Positions 1 through 8,177 of a stretch of 32,000 bases of DNA are shown piece after piece; positions within the stretch are counted from its first letter, which is position 1; the number at the start of each line of letters is the position of its first letter. The stretch lies in assembly GCA_025340205.1 (NCBI GenBank), contig CP006868.1, positions 360,001-392,000 on the forward strand, given 5' to 3'. The position numbers and the translations under genes are program-made. The notes under the pieces were generated by a model. The model was not told the DNA's origin. It made no database searches and saw only the letters and a program-made list of their open reading frames with translations. This DNA is from Ignicoccus pacificus DSM 13166. Lineage in GTDB: Archaea; Thermoproteota; Thermoprotei_A; Sulfolobales; Ignicoccaceae.

Positions 1-361
1 CAACCTTGTACCTCCTCTTTACCTCTCTCACGAACTCCTCGAAGTTTCCAATGATAAGACCGTCGTCGAGCACCATCTCCGTAGGCCTTACTGAACTGTA
101 AACCCTTGAGATGATCTTTTCCGCGAGCTTTCTTTTCGTTTCGCCTAGCTTATGAGGAACGTAAGCGCCCCGCTCACAGAAGTAGAGCAGCCAGCCTATC
201 GCCCTCTGAGGGTCAAAGGAGGAGCACTTGAACCAATGGCGGGCCTTCTCCGGACAGCAAGAGCACTCCATGACCCTCTTTAGCTCGTAGTACGCCTTCT
301 CATCATCCTTTACGCAAACGGCGCACACCGCCACGAGCTTATCATCGAACGATTCGTCCAT
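1..361 (-). CDS. hypothetical Cys-rich protein, 3' end cut by window edge
   Basis: Not in the ORF track because it is open at the window edge. The reverse-strand ATG at 359-361 reads MDESFDDKLVAVCAVCVKDDEKAYYELKRVMECSCCPEKARHWFKCSS... with no stop down to position 1. Confidence 0.5.
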   Translation of the reverse strand, partial: MDESFDDKLVAVCAVCVKDDEKAYYELKRVMECSCCPEKARHWFKCSSFDPQRAIGWLLYFCERGAYVPHKLGETKRKLAEKIISRVYSSVRPTEMVLDDGLIIGNFEEFVREVKRRYKV

Positions 362-383
362 GAAACACATCAACGCTATCTAA

Positions 384-392
384 CTTTTAAGG
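384..392 (-). promoter_or_regulatory. TATA-like box (CCTTAAAAG on the minus strand) about 27 nt upstream of the ATG at 361; implies a leaderless mRNA
   Basis: A/T box at the archaeal TATA distance from the start codon, inside the inverted repeat CTATCT..AGATAG. Confidence 0.35.
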
Positions 393-416
393 CATTGGAG
401 ATAGGTTTTAATGGCC

Positions 417-470
417 GATGAGGCCACCGGATGCCCCCCCGATGAGGGGGTCGAAGGAGGGGCGAGGCAG
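417..470. repeat. copy A of a ~52-nt G-rich hairpin motif (GATGAGG-N4-CGGATGCCC-CCCC-GATGA-GGGGG...) abutting the stop of the antiporter gene
   Basis: Shares the blocks GATGAGG, CGGATGCCC, a C-run/G-run hairpin and GAAG..AGGGG with 21530-21580. Confidence 0.4.
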
Positions 471-1826
471 CTACTTCCCTTCAAACAGCTTGTAGACGTT
501 GAGGAATCCCCTGTACTTCCCGTTCTCAACGACTGCGATTATGGGAGCTCCTAACTCCCACCTTGAAGATATCACCTTCCATAAAGGAGTGGAGCACTCG
601 AAGGTAGGGATCCCCTCCTCCATTACTTCCTCAACGGTTGCACTGGGATTAACTATGAGATCTATTGCTGAGACCCAGCCTATGGGCTTCTCCCCTTGGA
701 CCACCGGAACCGCTGGCCTCTCCTTGCTCAACACCTTCAAAGCTTCCTCGGCCTTCTGCCAAGGCTCGACGTAAGTGGGATCCAGAGGAAGCTCTCCGAG
801 CCTTAAGGGACTTCCCATTCTCCCCCTAAAAGCCAAGGAGGGGATCAAAGCTCCCAAGACTATTGCAACCAGAGGAGCGGAGTAGAGGTCTCCCCTCAGT
901 CCGGAGGAGAGGAGCAAGGCGCTGTCGGCCCCTCCCTTGACCGCTCCGGCTAGAGCCTTCTTAGCATCTTTGAAGAAGAGGAAGGAAAGAAGAATCTTCG
1001 TGCCTATTACCATTCCTCCCAAGAGCCAAGGGTAAGGATCTAAGGAGAGGCCCCCGCTACCGACGCTCAAGAAGAAGAGGGGTTCCAAGAAGGTCTCGCT
1101 TATGGCCTTGAGTCTCCTCTTTGTCCAAGGCCTTTCGTTGAGATAATCGCTCATGAAGATACCCAAAGCTAAGGCTAGTACCACGTAACTGAATCCATAG
1201 AGCTCTGGAATGAAGGAAATCAAGATGAGGAGGGCTAGAAACGTAGCAGCGACTACTGAAGGACTGTGAGCATGATCATCGAAGCTAAGCATGGTCTTGA
1301 GGGCTTTTTCTCCTAGCTTCAAGGAAACCAACGCCACGAGCACGCCAAGGGCCACTTCAGCAGCTCCTCCCTTGAAGCCGCTAAACACAATTATTCCTAC
1401 AGCCTCTGCAAAAGCTAAGGAAATGAGTAAGTCTTCCATCCTCGCTCCCGGCTTTTCCTTAATCAGCTTGGCGAGAACTCCGACCCCTGGAAGGGAAGCT
1501 ATTATCGCCGCTTCCAGACCCCTGGGCTGGGGCACCAGAAGCCAGAACAGCGCTGTAGGGACCAAGAGTATTACCAATCCCCTGAGAGCGCTTTGGTAGC
1601 CCATCCTCGACTGGCCTACCTCCTCTACTCCCGCGAAGAAGACGAGGAGGGCCCCTCCAAGAGTTGCTAAAGGAGCTATTGGGTGGAGATCGATCTTTCC
1701 AGCTAATAGAATGCCGGCCACCAGCGGACCGACCATTCCCGGGAGCCCTAGCCACCTGGCAACGCTCTCGCTCACTCCCCCCACGAGGAGGGCAATGCCT
1801 AAGGTCAGTAGTTCAGCAACGTTCAC
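471..1826 (-). CDS. cation/proton antiporter (Kef/NhaP-like CPA family) with a C-terminal CBS pair
   Basis: 451-aa polytopic membrane protein. The N-terminus LLTLGIALLVGGVSESVARWLGLPGMVGPLVAGILLAG is typical of Na+/H+ exchanger folds. The soluble C-terminus (VPVVQGEKPIGWVSAIDLI... IIAVVENGKYRGFLNVYKL) looks like CBS domains. Confidence 0.8.
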   Translation of the reverse strand: MNVAELLTLGIALLVGGVSESVARWLGLPGMVGPLVAGILLAGKIDLHPIAPLATLGGALLVFFAGVEEVGQSRMGYQSALRGLVILLVPTALFWLLVPQPRGLEAAIIASLPGVGVLAKLIKEKPGARMEDLLISLAFAEAVGIIVFSGFKGGAAEVALGVLVALVSLKLGEKALKTMLSFDDHAHSPSVVAATFLALLILISFIPELYGFSYVVLALALGIFMSDYLNERPWTKRRLKAISETFLEPLFFLSVGSGGLSLDPYPWLLGGMVIGTKILLSFLFFKDAKKALAGAVKGGADSALLLSSGLRGDLYSAPLVAIVLGALIPSLAFRGRMGSPLRLGELPLDPTYVEPWQKAEEALKVLSKERPAVPVVQGEKPIGWVSAIDLIVNPSATVEEVMEEGIPTFECSTPLWKVISSRWELGAPIIAVVENGKYRGFLNVYKLFEGK

Positions 1827-2421
1827 CCTCGAAGCCTTGTTCTGCCTCTAAGCCCTCCCTTAACTCGCTTACACTTAGCAAGAAGTTCTTTATTACAGAC
1901 TGAACGAACTCCAGCTCCCTCTCATTTGAAGGCTTATGACCCATCCCCTCCACTATTACCAAGTCGCAGTTCTTCACCTTCTTACAGAACCTCACGCTCT
2001 GATCTATGGGGACCACGTCGTCCTCCGTCCCATGGATTATCAGTATCGGAGCCTCGTACTCGAAGTTTATGGGGCTGTGTTCATAGAGGACGTTTGGGTC
2101 CTTGACAGAATTCATTATGTCCTCGTAGATAACCGGTATTCTCTTCTTAAGATGCTCCATCTGGGCCCTTAAGTCAGTAGGAGGTGCCACGGCTACGGCT
2201 GGGACCCCGAACTTGGAGGAGAGGAGCAGGGCCAAGGCCCCTCCCATGCTGTGGCCTCCGTAGACGTCTGCCTTTGAGTCCTTGAAGGCTTCCCAAGCCT
2301 TCGTTAGGGGTGCAGGAACCTTGGGAACTTCAACCTCCTTATACACTTCCTTGAAAGGCTTGATCAACCAAGTTATCTTAGAAGGAGAGGAGCCGTAGCC
2401 GTGGAAGATCATAGCCTTCAA
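1813..2421 (-). CDS. alpha/beta-fold hydrolase (esterase-like)
   Basis: GHSMGG nucleophile elbow (G-x-S-x-G), HGTEDDVVP acid motif and GMGHK histidine motif. Overlaps the antiporter start by 14 nt. Confidence 0.75.
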   Translation of the reverse strand: MKAMIFHGYGSSPSKITWLIKPFKEVYKEVEVPKVPAPLTKAWEAFKDSKADVYGGHSMGGALALLLSSKFGVPAVAVAPPTDLRAQMEHLKKRIPVIYEDIMNSVKDPNVLYEHSPINFEYEAPILIIHGTEDDVVPIDQSVRFCKKVKNCDLVIVEGMGHKPSNERELEFVQSVIKNFLLSVSELREGLEAEQGFEGERC

Positions 2422-2507
2422 CGCTCTAGACCCGAATCAAGGAGCCATGGGGTCCTTTAATGCTGGAGGTCAATCCTTTTATACCATGATATTTCCATCG
2501 CCTATTC

Positions 2508-2515
2508 TATAAAAG
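2508..2515 (+). promoter_or_regulatory. TATA box TATAAAAG upstream of the 2552 ORF
   Basis: Consensus-like archaeal TATA about 40 nt upstream of the ATG. Confidence 0.4.
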
Positions 2516-2551
2516 GGTCTCACGTGTAATCAGCCTCTGGAGGAACGAAGT

Positions 2552-2932
2552 ATGGCGGACCAGCTCACGTTCCAAGGAAGGCCCGTCCCCGAGGAAGGAC
2601 AGCAGCAGAACGAGCAGAAGTACGGTATAACCAAGATAACCAGGATAAGGCTCTTCGGCAGGTGGTTCCCCGCCCTCTTCTGGGAGAAGCTAATGCTTGC
2701 GATAAGGGAGATCACGGAGGACGAGAGACTCGTAAGCGTTAGGAGCTTCAGGACCCCAAGAGGAGTGGTCCTCACTGACGTCGACATCGCTGGAGAGCTA
2801 GATCCCGCGAAGATGAGGAAGCTCGAAGATGAGGTAATTAAGGCTATGGAGCTAAGCAAGGTAAACGTCAGGAGGTTCCTAAAGATAGAGATAAGGGAGA
2901 GGCCCTCCGCCCTCTTCGTAAGTCAAGACTGA
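2552..2932 (+). CDS. hypothetical protein (126 aa), probably co-transcribed with the following radical SAM gene
   Basis: ATG ORF with coding-like composition and a 10-nt gap to the next gene. No family recognised. Confidence 0.5.
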   Translation: MADQLTFQGRPVPEEGQQQNEQKYGITKITRIRLFGRWFPALFWEKLMLAIREITEDERLVSVRSFRTPRGVVLTDVDIAGELDPAKMRKLEDEVIKAMELSKVNVRRFLKIEIRERPSALFVSQD

Positions 2933-2942
2933 TTTTTGAAAG

Positions 2943-3674
2943 ATGTTCGATCCCATATCCTTGGGAGAGAAGGTAGCGGAGAGGGTCTGCTCCGGTATAA
3001 AGAGAAAGTATTACCGCTTCAGAGGAGGGAGGTTTTACGGAGGCTGTTCTACAGCTGACGTGGTCGGATGCAACCTTAGGTGCGTCTTCTGCTGGAGTGC
3101 TGGAAGCAGGAAGCTGGACATAGGGGATTTCTACTCTCCTAAGGATGTAGCAAACAGACTCGTGAGGATAGCTGAGAGAGCGGGCTACTCCTATGCCAGA
3201 ATAAGCGGCGGAGAGCCTACGCTGTGCAAGAATCACTTGCTTGAGGTGATCAAGAGGGTGACGCAAAGAAATATTATCTTCATCCTGGAGACTAATGGAA
3301 TACTGATTGGGTACGATGAGGAATTGGCGAGAGATATAGCAGAGATGGATAAAGTTTACGTGAGGGTTTCGATAAAGGGTCCAAACGAAAAGTGGTTTTC
3401 AAGACTCACCGGAGCGGAACCGAGGTTCTTCGAGTATCAGCTTAAGGCCTTAGAGAATCTGATAGCGTTCGGGAAAGATCCCTCTTGGCTCAGGGCGGCC
3501 GTGGTCATGGGATACGGGAGCGAGGAGGAGTACGCTGAGCTCCTCGAGAGGTTAGCCTCAATACATCCGTCCTTAGCTAACATAGAGCCGGAGGTGTTAA
3601 CGCTCTATCCTAAGATTAAGAGGAGGTTGGAAAGAGCTGATCTCCTTCCGAAGGTTTACTACGAGGCGCCCTGA
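2943..3674 (+). CDS. radical SAM enzyme (small, archaeal type)
   Basis: CNLRCVFCW is a CxxxCxxC cluster motif. SGGEPT is a SAM-binding motif. LETNG motif also present. Confidence 0.8.
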   Translation: MFDPISLGEKVAERVCSGIKRKYYRFRGGRFYGGCSTADVVGCNLRCVFCWSAGSRKLDIGDFYSPKDVANRLVRIAERAGYSYARISGGEPTLCKNHLLEVIKRVTQRNIIFILETNGILIGYDEELARDIAEMDKVYVRVSIKGPNEKWFSRLTGAEPRFFEYQLKALENLIAFGKDPSWLRAAVVMGYGSEEEYAELLERLASIHPSLANIEPEVLTLYPKIKRRLERADLLPKVYYEAP

Positions 3675-4200
3675 GGGTCGCTTTGCTGGTCTCGTAGTAC
3701 GTCACGCTTCCGTTCCTGTCAACTATCGCTACTATGGAATTTAGGTCATTAGCTCTAACGTCCTCCACCCATGATAGGAGCTCATCTATGGTTATCTCGA
3801 CGCCTTCCTCGAGCACTAAGTACTCGGCCCACCACTTGTTCCTCCTTATTTCCAAGAGCGTGCCCTCCCTTCTGACCTCCGGAATGACCTTTCTCTTCCT
3901 CTTTCTCAGATCATAGTACACCGTGAACATCGACCAGAAGAGCTTGGAAAGCACGCAGCCGACTCCCTCCCTCTCGCACCTTTCCTCCAAGGTCTTGAGG
4001 ACTAGACCTAAGTACTCGTTGAAGTCAAGCTCCCTTCCGTCCTCGGTAATAGCTTTCCCCTCCCCCATGAAGAGGATGTAGGCCACTTCCAGAGGGTGTA
4101 AGACCATCTCTTCTCCGGTACCCCTTACCGCTATCAGCGAGGAGAGTCCCTCCCTCTTGGCCTTTCCCTCCATCGTCGGCAGGAGCCTTATCTCGATCAC
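3616..4200 (-). CDS. tRNA-splicing endonuclease (EndA) family protein, probably the non-catalytic structural subunit
   Basis: Aligns by eye to M. jannaschii EndA at YYDLRKRKRKV vs YKDLRTRGYIV and IVAIVDRNGSVTYYE vs LIAIVDADGDIVYYN. The positions of the catalytic His (HSVYLV here WAEYLV) and Lys appear substituted. Confidence 0.6.
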   Translation of the reverse strand: MIEIRLLPTMEGKAKREGLSSLIAVRGTGEEMVLHPLEVAYILFMGEGKAITEDGRELDFNEYLGLVLKTLEERCEREGVGCVLSKLFWSMFTVYYDLRKRKRKVIPEVRREGTLLEIRRNKWWAEYLVLEEGVEITIDELLSWVEDVRANDLNSIVAIVDRNGSVTYYETSKATLRAPRSKPSEGDQLFPTSS

Positions 4201-4411
4201 TTTCCTACCCTCTCCTCCAGCCTCACGGAGGAATAAAGGGTATAACTAGAGGAGGAGTAGGAGAGAGGTGGGGAACGTCCTTGAGCGACGAGAGGAAGGG
4301 AGAGGAGAGGGAGGAGATCACATTTGAAATGGTAAAGGTGAGGAAAAAGAGCGCTCCTTCTGAAAAGGACTTCACTATGGCGGAGCCCAAAGACGAGTAA
4401 GAGGGAGCAGA

Positions 4412-5527
4412 GTGGGATCAAGGCTCATCCTTTTGAGAAGGAAGAGGAAACTCACGTTCGATTTTCATTCCTTTGAGAAGGCGTACGAGCATCTCCAAGG
4501 ATGTTTGAGGTCATTTATCAAGGGTGAGGGGAGGAGGGATGGCGATTGTGTACATCCGCCCATGAAGTTTTGTAGGTGCGGCAAGAACCTCCTGACCAAT
4601 GAGCTGAGCGTTGCCTACTTTGCTGTAATACTCGAGGTTACAGATCCTAAGGACCTTAAAAAGCTCGATGAGCTCATGAAACCCTTGGAGCCTTTATACA
4701 AAGAAGAGGAGTTAAGAGTATACAACGTGCTCAAGGTAAAGCTAGATGACGAGTACCTCCTCCCTTCTGTCTTCATCGCTGTTAGTAGGGACTTCATTAA
4801 CTGGAGCGACGACTTCGAGAGAGTGCTTAAGAAGCTCGGGATGAGTTATAGAAGACTCAGCGTTGTGATGAAAAATAAGAACTTCGGGATAGTGAAGATG
4901 AACGCCACCTACCACTACCTCTCTTTGTATAAGGAGATAGTAACGTTCTTGGGTAAGGAAATAAACGAAATATTGAGTTCATGCATGTGCCTCAAAGACG
5001 ATAACGTTGTTTTCGACGTCTACTGTCTCATAAACGAACGGATAAGGCTCGGGGAGTACGAGGAGGTCCCCATACACCTCCTTCCGCTGTATCTAAACGA
5101 AATGATTTCGGATCTAATGAAGCTCAACGTGTCTTCAATCTTGAAGCTCCCTAGGCTAACGACCAAGATGCAGAATGTGTACAAAGGAATGAGCTTGCTG
5201 AGGCAGATGATCGACTTCAGAACCGACCTTCTGGCAATACTTCAAGATGTGGAGGAGGACTTGGAATACGTCGAACAAAGCATGGGAAAGCTAGACGAGG
5301 TTAGCAGAAGGGCGGTGGAGGCGCTTCTCGACGACGTTAAAGAGAGATATAAGCTGATGAAATGGATATACACCTACACGGGCGGCGTTATCGACAAGAT
5401 GGACAATCTCATAGAAAGAATAATGAACTTACAATTATTCAATATAAACATTTACTTCTTCGTGTTAACTATATTGTCTATATTAATAATGGTAACTCAG
5501 TTGCTAATGGCCTTCGTCGTCCACTAG
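4412..5527 (+). CDS. hypothetical protein with a coiled-coil region and a C-terminal TM helix
   Basis: 371-aa ORF with a GTG start; the true start may be downstream. C-terminus is NIYFFVLTILSILIMVTQLLMAFVV. Its stop shares a CTAG with the cysS stop. Confidence 0.5.
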   Translation: MGSRLILLRRKRKLTFDFHSFEKAYEHLQGCLRSFIKGEGRRDGDCVHPPMKFCRCGKNLLTNELSVAYFAVILEVTDPKDLKKLDELMKPLEPLYKEEELRVYNVLKVKLDDEYLLPSVFIAVSRDFINWSDDFERVLKKLGMSYRRLSVVMKNKNFGIVKMNATYHYLSLYKEIVTFLGKEINEILSSCMCLKDDNVVFDVYCLINERIRLGEYEEVPIHLLPLYLNEMISDLMKLNVSSILKLPRLTTKMQNVYKGMSLLRQMIDFRTDLLAILQDVEEDLEYVEQSMGKLDEVSRRAVEALLDDVKERYKLMKWIYTYTGGVIDKMDNLIERIMNLQLFNINIYFFVLTILSILIMVTQLLMAFVVH

Positions 5528-6924
5528 GCGAACCTCCACTCCGTTTCCTTGCCCTTGTCCAGCAGCCTAACTCCCAACTCTGCTAGCCTGGACCTTATCA
5601 TGTCAGCTAGGTCCCATAACTTTCTGTTCCTCAGCTCCTTCCTTACTTCAACCAGGAGCTCCACGAACGGCTCCACGTCGGCCTTGCTCTCCTCCACGAA
5701 GACCTCGAATACCCTATCCGCTTCTTCGATCGCTCCGAGGACCGCTAGGGACGCCTCATAGCTCTCCTTCTCCAAGGCCTCGTTCCCTAGCTTCATCATC
5801 TCGCTGACGCTTGCCAAAGCCTTAGGAGTGTTGAAGTCGTAGCTCATAGCTTCATGGAAGGAATTCCTTAGATCTATAGCCTTGTTTATGGCCTCTATCT
5901 CCCACTCGCTGAGCCTCCCCTTAGGACTTCCTTTCTCCACCAACCTTCTAAGGGCGGATACGGTCATCCTCATCCTCTCCAATGATGTCTTGGTCCTTTC
6001 TAAGGCCTCCCAGTCGAAGTTAAGCTCAGTTCTGTAGTGGGCGCTCAATAGCCAAAGCCTTACCACCTTTGGGTCGTACTTTGCCAAGACGTCTTTTAAG
6101 GCAATTATGTTTCCCAAGCTCTTACTCATCTTCTCTCCCTTGATGGTAAGGTAGCCAGTGTGGAGCCAGTACCTGACCCAAGGATGAACTCCGAACCTGG
6201 CCTCGCTCTGAGCGATTTCATTCTCATGATGGGGGAAGATGAGGTCCCTAGCTCCCCCGTGGATGTCGAACTGTTTGCCCAAGTACTTTGAGCTCATTGT
6301 GGAGCACTCTATGTGCCAGCCCGGCCTTCCCTTACACCAAGGGCTTTCCCACCAGGGCTCACCCGGCTTAGCGCACTTCCACAGAGCGAAGTCGTAGGGG
6401 TTCTTCTTGTCCTTTACGAAGGTCTCTTGATTCCACATCTTCTTGTCCTTAATTCCGGAGAGCTGCCCGTAGTAGGGGTACTTGTCGACGTCGAAGTAAA
6501 CGCCGGAGGGAGCAACGTAAGCGTAGCCCTTCTTTATTAGATCATCGATGAATTCAATTATTTCCGGAATGTGCTCGGTGACCCTAGGGTTTATGTTAGC
6601 CCTTATGCCGAGCTTGCCCATGAGCTCGAAGTATTCCTTTGAATAGGTCTCGACTATCTCTCTCCAGTCAACCCCAAGCTCGTTTGCCTTGTTTATGATC
6701 TTATCATCGATGTCAGTTATGTTTTGAACGTGAAGGACTTGGTATCCCCTGAGCATGAGGTACTTCTTTATTCCGTCGAAGGCGACGTAAGTCCTAGCAT
6801 GACCTATGTGAGAGTGGTCATAAACCGTGGGTCCACAGACGTACATCTTAACTAAGCCGGGAGTTAGGGTTTCCAGCTTCTCATACTTCCTTGTTAGAGT
6901 ATTGTAGACCACTATGTCCTTCAA
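5524..6924 (-). CDS. cysS: cysteinyl-tRNA synthetase
   Basis: CGPTVYDHSHIGHARTY (HIGH motif), KMSKSLGN (KMSKS motif), WHIECS zinc/Cys site, 466 aa. Confidence 0.95.
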   Translation of the reverse strand: MKDIVVYNTLTRKYEKLETLTPGLVKMYVCGPTVYDHSHIGHARTYVAFDGIKKYLMLRGYQVLHVQNITDIDDKIINKANELGVDWREIVETYSKEYFELMGKLGIRANINPRVTEHIPEIIEFIDDLIKKGYAYVAPSGVYFDVDKYPYYGQLSGIKDKKMWNQETFVKDKKNPYDFALWKCAKPGEPWWESPWCKGRPGWHIECSTMSSKYLGKQFDIHGGARDLIFPHHENEIAQSEARFGVHPWVRYWLHTGYLTIKGEKMSKSLGNIIALKDVLAKYDPKVVRLWLLSAHYRTELNFDWEALERTKTSLERMRMTVSALRRLVEKGSPKGRLSEWEIEAINKAIDLRNSFHEAMSYDFNTPKALASVSEMMKLGNEALEKESYEASLAVLGAIEEADRVFEVFVEESKADVEPFVELLVEVRKELRNRKLWDLADMIRSRLAELGVRLLDKGKETEWRFA

Positions 6925-7129
6925 GGGCTCGTTCCCAGGAAGGGATCATGAGATGGAATATAACTGGTCCTCTCTAACCGGAAAGTTTCCTTTAATTATT
7001 CTATTTCCTTCCAAGTCAATCACTTCCATAAATCCCCATCACTACTCTCGTTCCTTATTATTTACACTTCTCCATGAGCACACTTCAGAACATTTATGGT
7101 CTCCTTTCTTTCCTTCACCTTGAGCTCTA

Positions 7130-7390
7130 TTCGATTAGGTAACCTTAAATTTCAATTAGCTTAATGATCAAGCAATTCTTTCCATTGTCACATACATGGA
7201 AACGCCGATGATAATGAACTCATTCGTTTGACTATTAGTTTCAGTTAGGTAATTCTAATTGATGGAAGTAGAGCAAAACTGTTCTCATGAAAGCTTAAGT
7301 ATTCAGAGTTAATGAAGCAAGTAAATCAAGGCAATGGGAAAGGAATGACTTATTAGTGAAAGGAAGGGCTAGTTAAATAGGAGGGGCTGG
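7130..7390 (+). promoter_or_regulatory. CRISPR leader (AT-rich)
   Basis: About 260 nt of AT-rich non-coding DNA directly upstream of repeat 1. Contains the direct repeat TTAGGTAAyyyTAAaTT at 7135 and 7245. Confidence 0.5.
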
Positions 7391-8168
7391 GAAGAGTTAC
7401 AATAGTGAATAGAAAGTGGTGTAGTTAATCGCTATTCCTGCCTGTATTCCAAATCCATTTAGAAGAGTTACAATAGTGAATAGAAAGCCGCTTATCTCTA
7501 ACAACATACTCCCACCACCTCTCTATACCGAAGAGTTACAATAGTGAATAGAAAGTTAAAAGTGAGCCAAGCGTAAGCTCTGTGCCCTTTCCATCTCGAA
7601 GAGTTACAATAGTGAATAGAAAGTGGATGACCTTCGATATATCGGACATACTTAGCATTTACGTTAGAGGAGTTACAAGAGTGAATAGAAAGAATTATCG
7701 AGAGTCTCGCCTATAGTCTCATCAACAATAGTTTGAGGAGTTACAAGAGTGAATAGAAAGCTACCTCCAGCGCCCGCTATACGCGGGCGCTGGGAGTGAG
7801 TAGGAGAAGTTACAAGAGTGAATAGAAAGAGCTGGCCATGAAGCTGGGCACTCCATAGTTGGATATGTCGGAAGAGTTACAAGAGTGAATAGAAAGTTTG
7901 CTCTTACTGGTCCGCTCCTTTGCTAACCTCTTTCCTAATAGGGAGAGTTACAAGAGTGAATAGAAAGTGCAACGACGTTCTTAGGCTCAATGCCAGACGC
8001 CAGATCTCCGGAGGAGTTACAATAGTGAATAGAGAGGGTAATGTTCTAGTCCTCAGCAGTTGCCCTCTCCTTCAGCAGAAGAGTTATAATAGTGAATAGA
8101 AAGTTAGAGATGGCTAGGACGAAGAAGGGGGAGATAAAGGTAGAGGGATTACGAGAATGAATAGAAAT
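7391..8168 (+). CRISPR. CRISPR array with 12 repeats of about 26 nt (consensus GAAGAGTTACAA[T/G]AGTGAATAGAAAG) and 11 spacers of 39-45 nt
   Basis: Repeats start at 7391, 7462, 7530, 7598, 7667, 7735, 7804, 7871, 7942, 8011, 8078 and 8143. The last repeat is degenerate (GAGGGATTACGAGAATGAATAGAAAT). Orientation is inferred from the leader on the left, the degenerate distal repeat and the repeat 3' end ATAGAAAG (8-nt handle type). The first 3-4 nt of the repeat vary, so boundaries are +/-3 nt. Confidence 0.95.
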
Positions 8169-8177
8169 GAATCTTGC

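Noticed and set aside
411-470. Possible C/D box sRNA, based on two GAUGAG boxes 24 nt apart
   Set aside because: No CUGA D or D' box at the required spacing on either strand, and the C-like boxes lack the leading U of RUGAUGA. Kept only as an unexplained repeated hairpin motif.
499-1903. ORFs 499-774, 1291-1599, 1459-1755, 1664-1903
   Set aside because: Shadow frames of the antiporter gene with S/P/R-rich translations.
4197-4421. 74-aa minus-strand ORF across a purine-rich (GGAGGAG...) tract
   Set aside because: Low-complexity Ser/Leu translation in what looks like the intergenic region between the divergent EndA-like and 4412 genes. A 23-codon plus-strand ORF there (ATG about 4329) also has no support.
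4412-5527. CorA-like Mg transporter, suggested by a soluble N-domain, a long helix and a C-terminal TM
   Set aside because: It has only one clear TM helix and no GMN motif. The resemblance is architectural only.
6914-7123. 69-aa plus-strand ORF between cysS and the CRISPR leader
   Set aside because: It overlaps the cysS start and promoter region and has AT-rich, non-coding-like composition.
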